From Vicugna vicugna (taxonomy: Eukaryota), in the NCBI GenBank assembly GCA_013265495.1, contig MU058718.1, positions 930,001 through 994,000 on the forward strand: DNA of 64,000 nucleotides. The letters run 5' to 3'. The notes under the pieces were generated by a model. It was not told the origin of the DNA and did no database searches. It saw only the letters and a program-made list of their open reading frames with translations. Position numbers and translations under genes: made by a program. Of the stretch, positions 48,850 through 62,074 are shown piece after piece. How positions within the stretch are numbered: the stretch's first letter is position 1; the number at the start of each line of letters is the position of its first letter.

Positions 48850-50015
48850 CTTAACTATATTTTAGATTCGGTTTATTTGAATCAAGATCCTCACAATTGC
48901 ATTTGATTGAGATCTTTTTATCTCTTTTAATCTATAACAGTTCCATTCCCTTTATTTGCCTCCTTGCCAGTTAGTTGTTGAAGAAACAGGTCATTTGTCC
49001 TGTGGAATCTCCCACATTCAGGATTTGGCTGATTGTATCCTGGTGGTTTCACTGAGTTTTAAATAACAATTATTTTATTTCCACGACTACAAGTTCCTTT
49101 CAGTTCTTTTTTCAAATTTGTCCAGTCATTTAAAAAAATCTCTTCCTCCTTATTCATAGCTTCAATTCCTCCATCTGTTTAAAAATATTGAACATGCTTA
49201 TCTTTCATTTAGATTCCGATCCTGCCATTTTCTGAGGCCTTTATAGGTCTGGTTCTGTTGTTTATTGTTTCTGATGACTCTTGTTCATGGGTGCTTGTCT
49301 CCTAGTAGATTTTGTAATTTTTGATTGTGAGTTCATATTTGTTGGCATTATCTAAGGGAGCACTGTGAGACCTGGCGTGAGGGTTTGTTTCTCTGGGTAG
49401 GTTTCCAGTTGTCTTTGCCAAGTACCTGGAGGCACCACAGACCTGGGTCCCCTTTAAACGAAATTCTCCTCTGAGTTCTCTGGGCCACACAGATAGTGTG
49501 ATTTCTAACCCTGAACCCCTGTGTGTGGCCAATCGGGGTTTTTTGAAGTCTCAGGGGACAGTTTTTGTTGTTCTGTTTTTTTAACCTCTATCCAGAGCTG
49601 AGGTTTCCTTTGTGCTTGTCATTGCTAGACAGGCTCTCTTCGAGTGCACCATTTTCCTGAGGGAGTAACCCCTGGGAATCCTAGCTCTGTGCAGCTGGGC
49701 CTCCATCCTGGGTTCCAGTCTTCCACAGTGGCTGCATTCGAACTCTTCTACCTCTCTGATCTCAGCCTTAGCTTCTTAGCAGCTCTGCAGGTGTTTCACT
49801 TACTTTTAAATACTGATTAATATATGTCTACATATTTATACAACTTATATATTATGATTATATAATATATATGACTATTATCCATATGTATAATACCTTA
49901 TAATATTATATATGTGTGTGTGTATATATTTTTCTGTTTGTTTGTTCTTGTTTAGTTTTTTTATAGCTGGTGGATTTCAGAATCCCTAGTCTAGCATTTT
50001 TCTAAAATAGAAGTC
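48850..50015 (-). mobile_element. Old L1M/HAL1-like fragments
   Basis: TTTGAATCAAGATCC..ATTGCATTTG..GTTGAAGAAACAGGTCATTTGTCCTGTGGAAT..CCCACATTC.GGATTTGGCTGATTG (L1M 3'); CTGATGACTCTTGTTCATG..TTTTGATTGTGAGTTCAT (5'/ORF1-side); AT-rich tract 49810-49930. Confidence 0.65.
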
Positions 50016-50619
50016 CTTGGTTCTCTGACTTCAGCCAGATATATCCAGTATGCCTGTGTCAGGCCTAAATCCCAAGATTCTTTTATGACTCTTCTGAGCC
50101 CCTGAATCATGAGACCCATTGTATCCCTCTATGCTGACCCCAGATGTGTTGCTCTGCTTCTCTGTTGTCTTGACTAGAACTCACTTCTCTCACTTAACTA
50201 CCGTTAGCTTATTCTCACAATTAGTGAACTCTAACTGTGAGGGCTGAGTGGCCCTGCCATAAGTAAACACATCTTCAGTGGCCCTCCCTGACTCTCAAGT
50301 TGCTCCCTGGAATCCTCTGACATTTGAACCGCTGTATTAGACTTCTTGTTTCTGAAGACTGCCTGAATTGAGGCTTGTTATGATCTTTAAATACCTTGTT
50401 TGAACAGCCCCGTTGTATTCAGTAAGGGCCAGTTTCTGTCACGTGATATATCTTCCCAGCTATCCCTGCCCTTGGCCCCCCAAATCTCAGTCATCCAGCC
50501 CCATTTTCAGTGCCAGTCACTAGGTATATCCCCAGCTCCTAGGCTAGCCCGGGGTTGCTTGGGTAACAGCATGCCTACGGCCAAACCTCCTTGAGCTGTG
50601 CCAGAGGGATATTGGTGAA

Positions 50620-51910
50620 AAAGAAAAGTATTGGCATGAAGCCTTCCTTGAACAATCCCATCAGAGGGATCTCTCCTCCTTGAATTCTGACAGAACTTTA
50701 TCTTTACCACTCTGAAGGTACTCATTCACCTTCTCCTGCATGCTGTAGTTATTACACTGATGTTTTATCTTCCTTGCTGGAAAAGAGGGGAATGGCATTG
50801 GGGTCAAAAGACCTGTGTTCAAATACTGACCCTGTCATATTCTAGTTATGTGACTCGCTCCGTGGAAATAAAGCCCGTTGCTCCCTCAGCCTCTCATGGA
50901 GGTTCCTTTCCTCTTCACCCTTCAGGAGGCCTGACTGTCCTCGAGAGAGGCCCGGTGTGGTGTCTGTGTACACGTCCACTCTCCACTGCATTTGCTTAAA
51001 TGCCTGCCTTCGCCGTTCAGTTGTGGGTGCCAAAATCCTTTTTTGATCACATCATTGTAATCCCCTCCCCCTACACTTGTTCTGCCTCCTGTGTCTTTAC
51101 CTGCAGTTGGTTAGACATCTGCACACCTGGTCTCCAAAGCTCGAAACTTGAAAGTGATGCCTGACTCCTCCCTCCTCCTCACCCTGAGCATCTGTCTCCT
51201 GGGTGCTGATCTACCTCTCGACCCCTACTCTCCAGCTGGTCCAGGCCCTCTCAGTGCCTCCTCTGAGTTACTGCAACAGCCTTCTGAGCTGGTTTCTTGT
51301 TTTGTTCCAGGCACTACAAAGCTACCGTCCACACAACCATCATAATTTAAATTGCAAATCTGACTAAGGTCCTGCTTAAAACCCTTCCACAGATGGAGTC
51401 TGGCCTCCTCTTTGCTCCAGGTTTTGCAGACTTGCTGTCCAGCCCCCATCTCCTGCCACACATTGGACATCAGAGAGGTGGTTCAGCAATACTGACTGTC
51501 TAGTCCCTCTGGTTTGAAAACATGCTGTCTTTCTCTTTGGTGCCTTACCTTGGGGCCCCCCTTGCCTGGTTACTCTGCTGCCCCTCTTTACAAGAGGAAG
51601 TCCCCCCTGCCTGTGAACTCAGTGCCTGTCTTCCTCTCTTCAGCCTCTCTTCTCCAATTTCCCTTCCACCCCTCTCTCAGCCTCCCAGGTCTGTGCCTCG
51701 AGAACAGCCCGTGGATTCGCTATCCTTGCCCTCCCCATTGCCAAGTCCTCTTTTCCTCCCTCCCTCCCACTGGCACAGCAAACTCGATGCCTGTCTATCT
51801 CTCTAAGCTCCTTGGGGGCTAGGACTGTGTCATGCTCATCCTTGTATTTCCTGCACTTAACATTTCTCTGAGCACTTATTAGGTGCTCATTAAATCTGTT
51901 TGTTCAATGC
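50620..51910 (+). mobile_element. L2 LINE fragments with an embedded MIR piece (~50785-50860)
   Basis: AAACTTGAAAGTGATGCCTGACTCCTCCCTC..TTACTGCAACAGCCTTCT..CCTGCTTAAAACCCTT..CTCTAAGCTCCTTGGGGGCTAGGACTGTGTC..TAGGTGCTCATTAAATCTGTTTG. Confidence 0.7.
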
Positions 51911-51929
51911 AGAAATCATTCTTGTCTTA

Positions 51930-52600
51930 GTGATTTGGGACAGTTTTCTTAATCTGATTAAGCTTCAAAATTTTCAGGTATAAACATGGATAATAATGTT
52001 TAACTCTCTTATAGGGTGGCTGTGAGGATTAAATAAGAAATCCTTAATTCAGTGGCTCACAGAGTACTTGATTATAAATGTTAATTCCTATTTTTTCTTG
52101 TTTTCTATTAAAACATCTGTTGAGGATGCAATGCCAACATGTTAATATTAGTAATAATAATAATTCTTAATTCTATTACCAACAGTAACGGTGATAGCTA
52201 TGGCTTATTTAGCTTACCAATCTGCCAGACAATATTCTAAGTGCTTTACGTAGGTGAATTCATGAGTCACCACGACAAGCTGGGGAGGAAGGAGATATTC
52301 CTACCTCACTTTGCAGTTTAGGAAACAGAGGCAGAGAAGCTGTGTAACTTCCCCAAGCTCCTCAGGCATTAGTGGTAGAGCGAGGGTTTGAACCTGGGCT
52401 GTCTGGCTCTAGTGTGTGCTTCAGCAGCTCCTTACCCTGCCCCACATTCCCATGAAAGTAGTTTGAAGTTTTATCTTTCTTTCAAAGAGGGAGAAATTGG
52501 GGTTCAAAGAGGGTGGGTGACTTAGCCAAAGTCACACGGCTCCTAAGTGGTAGAGTAGGGTTCCCATGCATTCTCCCTGCGGCAAAACCTTCACTTTTGG
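51930..52600. mobile_element. Cluster of three MIR pieces (+ 51930-52090; - 52190-52420; - 52470-52590)
   Basis: ATAGGGTGGCTGTGAGGATTAAATAAG; GGAAACAGAGGCAGAGAAGCTGTGTAACTTCCCCAAG..GGGTTTGAACCTGGGCTGTCTGGCTC; GTGACTTAGCCAAAGTCACACGGC. Confidence 0.75.
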
Positions 52601-53639
52601 ATGTGGGCATTGGTTGAAACTTTGCCAATATTACAATGGATTCTTAAAACACGAGATGATACATTTAGATGATAATGTATCACAGTAACAATAAAGAACC
52701 GGTTGTCTTTTTTGGTAGAGTTAGGAAAGGATGGGCAAAAGGCTGAAGGTGTCTGAAGTGGAGTAAAATGAAAGTAGAGTGTTTTACATTGTTATTTCAA
52801 TTCTAAATAACGTTTCTAGCTCCCAATTAGCTCAGAATTGTAGGGCTGGTAGCCTTCACTCTTTCCTCCTAGGACATTCCCGCTTCCCGAAGGAGGGAGA
52901 GGCTCAGCAAAGAGCCCCAGAGAGCTGCAGGCAGATGTGTTTTCCAGCCCCCTGTCTGGGATGCTTTTGGTGACGAGTTCCTGATATTTATGTGAAAAGG
53001 AGTGGGACTGGGTCGCTCTGTCTTCTCACTGAGTTTTGCCAGAGGTCGTCCTCACAAAAGCTGGAAGAAATGGGGTGTGTAGGAATTTGGGGCTGGTAAG
53101 TTATTTATTTACTTAGCCGTATTTTAAAGGCTGAAAAGCCATCATGAAGTCTGTGGAATGCATTGTCATGAGAGGTCAGCGAGTCAAGTTCTGCGGCTGT
53201 GTTTTCAAAAGGGCCAGATCATTTCGTGACCAGTGATGCTATTCATACTTATGATTAAGCTCAGGCTTAGGTAGGGCTTGGATTTGAGGGATGGCATGTG
53301 GAAGAAATGGTTACCACCCTTGTCGCCTCATTCCCAATCTCTGAATTCCAAAATACACTCCCATCCTCATATACACTTTGGAGCAGAGACATTGCTGGGG
53401 TGGAAAACCATCACAGAAGATAAATATGTTTAGGGGATGATTCCTCTGCTCTCTGAAGTAGAATCCAGTGTTGTCCTTGACAACGGACCTGGAACACACT
53501 AGCTGTACATGAAGAGTGGTTGTAATTCTGTAATGATGGGGTCCTGGGACTGGCAGGTGCTAGGGGAGTAGGGATGATCCTTTCATTAAACCATGAATAA
53601 CTTGACATATTTTCATCCTTGTAGACATAACATATCCTC

Positions 53640-53840
53640 AGGTTATTGACTCTGTAATAAGTACCCACCCTGGATGTTCATCCCATTTAATCCTTACAGC
53701 CAGACAGTGAGGAGGGGACTGTCATTACCCATGTTTTAGAGTATGGAAACTGAGGCTCAGAGTGTTTAAGTAAATTGCTCAAGCTCAGATAGCTGGTTTG
53801 CCTCCAAATCTATGGTCTGAATTATTAAATTATACAGCTT
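53640..53840 (-). mobile_element. MIR SINE
   Basis: CATTTAATCCTTACAGC..ATTACCCATGTTTTAGAG..GGAAACTGAGGCTCAGAG..TAAGTAAATTGCTCAAG. Confidence 0.8.
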
Positions 53841-56800
53841 CCAAGGGAAAATGCATAAAGAGACAGGAAATAAAATAATACAATAAAACACTATGTGATC
53901 CTACCACCTAGGAATAGCTCCTGTTAGTGCTTGGCATTTAGCTGATACTGAGAAGGACACCCTGCCTGAGTAAGTGACTTACTTTGCACTCGAGTGCCAA
54001 AGTGACTCACTTTGCAAACGAGTGGCCAAAGCTAGGTTGTGGCAAGTCCAGTGTTTTTCCTGCCTTCTTCTAAGTTTTGTGACAGGAATTGGTTTTCCTT
54101 TGATCACTGGGAGTAGAGAAGTGTCATAATCTTGTCCCCCCAGGGAGCTTGACCCCTTGATGACATTTTCAAGGCTGCAGTGAAATGTTGCTGGAACATC
54201 AGGTGTGTCGTGCCCTCTTTTCCCCTTTTATCTCCTCCCATCCTCATCACAGTGTGGAGCGGTGGGGGGTGGGGGAGCCTCTTTCGGTGGCTGCCCTAGG
54301 AAGCAGGATCTGGAACCTCTCTTGACGCCCCAGGAGTAACTGAAGGGATGTAGCGGCCATGCACCAGCTGTGGAGGGGCCTGCCGGCTGGTTGGAGTGGA
54401 CAGTGAATGTGGACACGTGGTGGGAATGGTTGTGTGCGGGACTCCGCATTTTGAAAGGCTCCCCTGATGTGATGTTTCTTATTGCAGTGTGCTGTGGGTC
54501 ACATACTGGAATTTTCAAGAGAATCCAAGAAAAACAGAAGGGGAAATAAAATGTTCCTTGTGGGAATTCTCTCTAGAAGAATAGATGTGATTCTCTGGTT
54601 TCTAGACAAAATAATTCAGTAGGATGGTGTTTTATGGAAGAGCATCTATCTCCTGGAGCAAAAAGAACTGAAACATGTCCTCTAATAAATCTACTGAGCC
54701 CAGTTCACGTGCAGCCAGACTTCAAGAGAACCTGCACTGAGGATTTCAGTGGACTTAATTACATAAATGCCAAGACATGTAGTCTACCCCCAGACTAAAA
54801 GGTCCCTGGGACAATTAGGAGACTGTGGCCCCCTTGCCCCCTTGTCATGCACATTAATGTCACAGGCCTCAGCAGAGGACTTGGGGTGCTTTGATGCCCA
54901 ATGTGCTCAATTTGGTTTCAGAGATTTCCAATTCCTTGCACCTAAGCACATGTCCTCAACAAACAAATAGCACGGGGACAGAATTCTCCAGCAGGCCGTG
55001 GAGACTTAATTACCTCAACTCAGTGGTCTTCCCGCTGCTGGGAGCATCCCGGATACTTGGCCGCATTAACATTCCTGGAATTGTATTTGGCCAGCTTTTG
55101 TGAAGGAGTTGAATACTGCCTCATTAGCTCAGGCTCGTGGGGCATTTGTGTCTCTGACAACAGTTTAATTATGGACATTGTTTACTGATCAGCATTACAT
55201 TGACAGACTAGAGGGCTAATCTGAAGATTAACACAATAGCTTGTTTTCATTTTATTCTTTCAGCCAGTGAATGTAAGAGTTAAATAAACCTGTTCTTGTA
55301 GCCCTTGTTTTCCATACTAAGATGGGGGGACACATTCTGAAGCATTTAAGGGTTTCTACATCTTTCTTCTTTAGTTTAATTTTAGCCTGGAGTGATCCAG
55401 AGAAAGAAACGACAGCTTCTGGAAATGTGAAGTTTGGACAAACAAAAGATCTGGGGGACAGGCTACTGAAAACTGAATTTGGGAAACTGTCTTGAGCCTT
55501 TATCCGTACCCATAAAGCCTCCTCCCAAAGGTCAATAGTCATTTGAGATTCTTAGGGGGAATCTTGATGGAAAATTGAAGAATTAAATTAAAAATTTCTC
55601 TCTCTGTACATTTGCTTTTCAGTGACATATGTCATTGAAGGTTCAGTGTGCTTCTACTTAGCACTTCGAGAACTGTAAGTACAAAAGCACTGTGAAAATA
55701 TTCTTTATTGATGAGAAAAAATGGGCAATTCTCAGGCAGGCCGAAACTTCCAGGATGATTCTGAGATCCTTGCAGGAAAGTGTTTCCATGATTAGGAGTT
55801 TTGATTAATTAAGGAAGTAGCCTTGAACATTGAAAGGCTTAATCCCTCCAACCTCTTGAATAATGGAGCAGAGTAGTGGTTGGAAAATCCAACTTTTCCA
55901 AGTCAGATGTGTCTGCAGAACAGAAGGTGAGGATGGAACGTGGGAGGTGGCAGCGGGTGCAGCATAGATCTTGGGGCCAGATCTGGGATTGTCTTGAGTG
56001 TCATGTTGGCTGGGTGGCAGACTTCTGGAGGTGGATGAAAAGTCAAGGAGAAGCAGGTGTACTTGTCTCATAGACGTTGGCAGAACCCTTGGGCCCCAGG
56101 AAACAGCCTTGTGTTTCAAACAAGCCTCAGAAGTGCTGGGATCCTCAGCAAGGACCCCAACTCCACTGACTGAAACAGGAAGAGGTGTGAAAATCTCTTA
56201 ACTCCTCTCTACCATTAGTGACCAGGAGGGTTCCACCTGGTGCTGGAGACCCAAGTATTTGCTTGACTGGGCACAGAGTGAGAAAGCTGTCAACCTGGGA
56301 GCTGTACCAGCTGGTTGGTGAGGCTTGTTTGCTCCTGATATGCTTTGTTTTCATGTTTTTCAATGAAATTAGTAACCACCCTAAAAATGTTGAGGTTTCA
56401 TGTGAAAAAATCTCGATTTCTGACTTTTGGTGAATTGTTGGAGGCTCTGAGATCAGGGCCAGCAAAAACACATGAGGTAAACGTTCCCTTCCTCCCCCAC
56501 CCCTCTGGGGGCTGGATGTGTGCCCTCCTCTCCCCACACCCCCAGCCATGCGGCCTTGGAGCCCTGAGTGGGGCCTTGGGGGGATGACTAGGCCGCGCAT
56601 CCCCTGCCTGGCTCCAGGCACATACTGGACACAAAGATCAGGGTTTGTGGAACCAGGAGACTCCTCTCACGCTGGTCCTGGCTGTGGGCAGTTGGAGGAC
56701 GTTCTTTCAGGAAAAAGTTTCCTTCTCTCTTTCAGAAGGTAACATTTTCGTGTAGATATCCATTAAGTTGCTCATACCACAGCGACTAGTGTGAACTAAC

Positions 56801-57001
56801 TTGTCGGACGGCACCCAAGAGTAGGAGAAAGGTGTCTGTTAGAGAGGAGGAGGAAGGCTCCAGGAAAGGCCCTGGGATCACAGCGCGATTTGCTGGAGGA
56901 CAAGGACTGGGCAGAAAGCACGACAGAACTGACTCCCCGACATCCATTTGTTTGAAGCCTTGTCCCAGACAAGTGAGTCAAAAGAAAGCTGTCTTGAGGC
57001 C

Positions 57002-57366
57002 CAAAATAGACTGAATGTTTGTGTTCCCTCAAAGACGATATGTTGAAGCCTAACCCCCAAGGTGATGTATTTGGAGGTGGGGCCTTTGGGAGGAGATTAG
57101 GTCAGGAGGGCATGAACGGGATTAGTGCCTTTATAAAGGAGACCCCAGAGAGCTCCCTCACCCCTTCCGCCAGGTGAGGACACAGCTAGCTTAAAGATGA
57201 CGTCTGTGAACCAGGAAGCTGGTTCTCACCAGACCCCAAATCTGCTGGCACCTTGATCTTGAACTTCCTAGTTCCTGACACTGTGGGAGATACATTTCTG
57301 TTGTTTTGTAAGCCACCCAGTTTTTTTTATCGTATTTGGTTTTCGCAGCCCCCGAAGACTGCGAAA
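57002..57366 (+). mobile_element. MLT1A0-like MaLR solo LTR
   Basis: GACTGAATGTTTGTGTTCCCTCAAA..TATGTTGAAGCCTAACCCCCAA.GTGATGTATTTGGAGGTGGGGCCTTTGGGAGG..GGGATTAGTGCC.TTATAAAGGAGACCCCAGAGAGCTCC..TCTGCTGGCACCTTGATCTTG; AGGCC on both flanks. Confidence 0.92.
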
Positions 57367-58669
57367 GGCCTATGGAGGCGCTCATGCCTCCTTAGTAGAG
57401 ATATTGGAACTGTTCTACTTCCTTAGGTTTCTGGAGTATTTTGAGAGGAGGGAGAGAGTTATAGGGTGACGATAAAGGAAATAATTACGCAGATATTTTG
57501 AGCAAAGTCGTTATATAGCACCTCTTTTTAGCCACTTAAAAGAGCAAAGATGACTATTTTAACTTCACTTCCTCTTAACTCTCCATCCAGGAGTGGCACT
57601 AAAGGTGGAAGGCCTGAGGCAGGGACCTAGAGTAAGGAGGGGAGAAGAAAGGGCCCTGGCAGGCTCTACCTCTGAATCCCTGAACACTGGCCCAGAAGAG
57701 CAGCCACTCAGGCCTTGCCCCAGCATCCCCCACAGCGCTGTTTGTCCCACTTAAAATAGCAGATCTCAGAATCCCTTATTTGATTCAGTGAATCCACATG
57801 GTGTGATTCAGCTTCTAAGAAGAATAAATCAACATTTTAAAGCCTGCCTGGATTTATTGTAAACAGCCTCTCTCCACTAAAATGGCCCACAGTGTGATTT
57901 GACCCAGGGCTGGGATGGTGTCTCAGTTCGGAGACACATTTGCCTTTAAAATAACACAGCCACGAGGAAACGCACCTCTTCCTTGGCTGTGGACATGTTT
58001 TCTTAGAAACTTGAAAGGACTTCTCTCTGAGTCACCTTAGCTGCTCCTCTGAGTCATTTCTGAGGCTCGGCAGGAGAAGTGAAGGACAGAGAAGCAGGTG
58101 ATGGAAAGGCTGGGGCAGACTGCAGCCTGGCCGCCATGACCCGCCTCACGCCGCTTTAGCCTGCTTCAACCCGGTGACATGGGCACACACTTTCTTCTCT
58201 GGCCTCCAGGAAACTCCTGGAAGGCACTCGTCCTATCTACTGGGAGGGAGTAGACAGATTTTCTACCCATGCAAGCGTGTTGGGTGTGTGTGCTGCACGG
58301 GGCACTGTAGCTTTTCTGAGACCCCCAGGCCTGATCCTTTGTCTGTGAGGCTGGTCTCCAGTGAATGTGGCCTTCACCTGTGGCACTCGTGTCCCCTGTC
58401 ACCAGTACAAGGGGGCTGCCTGCATCCCCTTGCTTGTCCATGAGGTGTACATGGATTCGGGGCTCCTTGAGTCCTCGTGGAACTGGTGCCCTGTCCTTCC
58501 TCCCCCTTTGCCAGAAGCCCCCACAGGCCCCAGAGAGTCTTAGCCTCTATTTGACAACTGTTCAGGCATATTCCACAGGTGTTACCTACCTGGTGAGATT
58601 TCTCACTGGAAATGTGTGTTTCTACTTTTGTGGTTCCCTGGAATAAGAACAGGTACATTCTACATTTTG

Positions 58670-58910
58670 CTTCACTATTTGTTAGTTTGGTGAACTTGGG
58701 TAAATTAACCTAAACATTCTAAACCTCCTTTTCCCTAGCTGTAAGATGGAGATTATAATAATCATAACTATGGCTTGCTTCACTCATTAACAGTACCTCC
58801 CTCATTTGCAGAGTTCTACTTCACAGGGTTGTCATGAGAATTAAATGAAATAAACGTCTGTAAAGTCCCTAAAACCCATAAAGTGTTTAGTCAATGCTAC
58901 TGTTGTTATA
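58670..58910 (+). mobile_element. MIR SINE
   Basis: GTGAACTTGGGTAAATTAACCTAA..CTGTAAGATGGAGAT..CTACTTCACAGGGTTGTCATGAGAATTAAATGAAATAA. Confidence 0.8.
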
Positions 58911-61900
58911 TTTTCAAGGATGTGGGAGCCAAGAATATGCACTTTTAAGCATATGAATCACAGAAAAACCTCATAGCTGCTACGAGTGTCCGAGCCTTTA
59001 AAATGGACCTGGCCTCAAGTCCCTCGGCAGGTCTCTTACGCTAACCTTACCTGGTCTGAGTAGGAAGTTTGTTGCTGGCGGAGGGAAGAGCTTATCTCCC
59101 AGAGGGAGGTGGGCATATCTGGAGGGAGATTCCAAATTCATCAGCCAGTCTTCAGCCAGCTTCCTGGACCCAGGCTGCAGCAGTATTCTGATTTCTTAAA
59201 TTATTTGGATCACTGCTACCTTCCGCATCCGTGAACAAATTAAAAGCAGCATATACACAGAACTTTTGGGCCCATGTTCACATGCTCAGCCAAATTCAGA
59301 GATGAAGGTTAGACATGAAATAGCAAACAGAAAGAAGGCAGACAGACACTCACACCTGGCTGCTAGGAATGAACAAAACAGATGCCCGGAAAGTTAGGAA
59401 GAATTCGTATGTGAATGCAGAGTCTTATGGATTTACCATTTTGAATCCAGCAGCTTCTAGAAGACTTTCAGAGTGAGGGAGTGCCCCCTTAGGATTGCTG
59501 GAACAGTCGGGCACCTGCGTGGGAAGCCACGCCCAGCGATTCCCGAAAGGATTCTGATTTATGGAGAGAGGGATTCTGAGCTCAGCTGCATTTTTGTGTC
59601 TGGGATCAAAAGGGCTTTCTCACTGACCACAGATCACATCCTGGGAATCCTCCCTAGACAGAACATTCCTAAGAATGAATGCAGCCTTGGCCACAGCCCA
59701 TGGGGGTGGAGTAAGACTAGGGGGGCACATATACAGGAGGATGGCATTTTTGATACCCCAAAACAAAGGCTTTAATGTACCCCCCCAAACAAGAAAAAGG
59801 ACAGATTTGGGGAAAGTTAGAACCTTCCTTTCTTGCCTAAGGGCAGCCTGTTTAGCGGGAAATAAGCTTAACTGAATTTTTACCCTGGCAAATTATCTCA
59901 CTTTTAGGGGACAAGTTTATTCATCTGTGAAATGGGAATGTTGGATTAGACTCAGAGGGACTGATTTTAGGCAATTTGCTGTAGTCTTCACCTCTCCCTA
60001 TTGTCTCCTATGTGGCTCACTGCTGTCATTTAGAGTACCTCCCTGATCCCATTAGGAATTTGAATTTACAGTCTCTAAGTCTCACCCCACCTCCACTCTC
60101 CAGCTATTACATTCTTGAAAATCATAGTTGTGAATAGATTTTAGAATAGTGGATTATCTAGGCAGGATGCTTATGTGTCTTCTGGACCAAGGTGTTGGGA
60201 GCAGTAGGAGGGGATGATGGACGCAGCTCAGGGCTGGGAGAAGGTGCCTGTTGATGGATGGAATTGCTCGTCTGGCAATTCCAAAGAGGAGCGTCAGTGC
60301 TAAGTGGGAAAACGTGTGTACAGGGTTGACACACCCATGACATTTCACTGTTTGCTTTTCCAGAGTATTTTCAAGAGTTGGCTTGCTCACTTGTTCCAGG
60401 GCAACTTGCCCCTGAAAGGGTCAAAAAAGTTGTGCTTTCTCCTCTGATGGGGTGTGTAGGCCTGGCAGAGAGAAGAAACAGATGAGGAATGCTGGGCTTC
60501 CTTCTGCCAGCCAACACCATTTATGCAATTCACAGTTGCCTACATCTGTAATGGGAAGAAAAAAAAAAGTGCTCATATAATTGGAGCTCCAAATCCCCTT
60601 TTGGAAATTGTACCCCAAATGAGATATTGTACCCAGAATGAGCTAGTGTAAGGTAGAGGGGGCTGCACAGAACTCCCTTTGTTTTTATTCCATTCTTGAT
60701 GAAGTCACAGCCAAGAATTTGGTTTGATGAAGAAATAATTGTATCGTATTTATACATGTATAGAGATAGCACCAGTCGCATTTAAAGGACTGTGAACACA
60801 AATACTAATATTTATATCTGCTTTATGGGTTCTATTTCTGGCACAATAGCTTGAAGTTGTACTTAGATAAGAATCCTGCATGTCAGAGCAAAGTCGATGC
60901 ATCGCTACAATAGAGATTTCTCTCCTGTCCTTCCTAATGGACTGAGCATTTGATAATTCTGTGGTGCTGATAACTTGGCTCTCCCCAAGCATGAGGCCAA
61001 GAGAAGATGTTTGGGAGAGGGCACTGGGTGGGTGGGGAGGAGTGTTGTAATCAGAGGATGATTTAATAAAGGGCTCCTAGCTCACAATGTTGTATCCAAA
61101 ACCCAAGAAAAATAATACTCTGAATACCAAACCACTAGCTGAGGGGTAGAATCTCTCTCACAGACAATGGACATTGGAAAAAAGATTAAGGATGTCTGTA
61201 GTCAGCATGTTCTTATTTGTATTAATACATTTGTCCTGCAGCCTTCTTTATGCAAAGAGAGCCCATTGAATCAAGGAAGGTGGGCTATCTATTTGGAAAG
61301 TGGGTTCTGGTAAATTCCAGAATAGAGCTACAAGGTCCCTTCAAGATTCTAATAAGCCAGCGTGTTAGAAAAGACTCTTCCAATGTAGGCCTTGATGGCG
61401 ACTCGTAGTACAGCCAAGGGGCTCTGATGCTCCTGGGGCTTAGAGAGACTCTGAGTATGGAGGAAACTTTTACTTTTCTAATGAAAAGATCTTTCAAAAA
61501 ATAAAATGATTGTATTATACAGGATATAGCTAAAGACATAGTCACTTATCTACTTATTTGTATAGAATATTAATGTAGTTTTACATACGTATTCAAAATC
61601 ACATACCATATACAATGATTTAAATGAGAAATATTGCATTTTTCTCCTCAAAGTTTATGAAACAATTTTATTAAAATGTTTCACCTATATATGTGGCATC
61701 CAGGCCGTCTTTCTGAGTCCTCTAACATGATTTGACAGATTTAACATAGTACATAGTCCTCACCTCTGTCTCCCTCTCCTATATTTCAGGCACAGCTGTG
61801 TTTGAATTTGTTTATCCCAAGACACAGTCAGCCATTTACATAACATTAGGGAATTATTTGTTTTTTACTCATTTTTACAGGTGTAGTTATGATCCCACAA

Positions 61901-62074
61901 TGTTACCTTTACTCTATGACCCTTAAAAGTGTTTTCTTTTTAAAGTTCCTTTTCAGTGACGCATATTTACAATTAATCTGGGCTAAATTTTTGTATTTTT
62001 TTTAAAGCCATTTCTGTCAGTTGACCTCCATAAATATCCCAAATTAGTTCTGATTATTTTCTATTAATCTAATT

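Noticed and set aside
56718..56745. 3-nt micro-exon (TTTCAG|AAG|GTAACA)
   Set aside because: The donor is weak and there is no supporting gene context.
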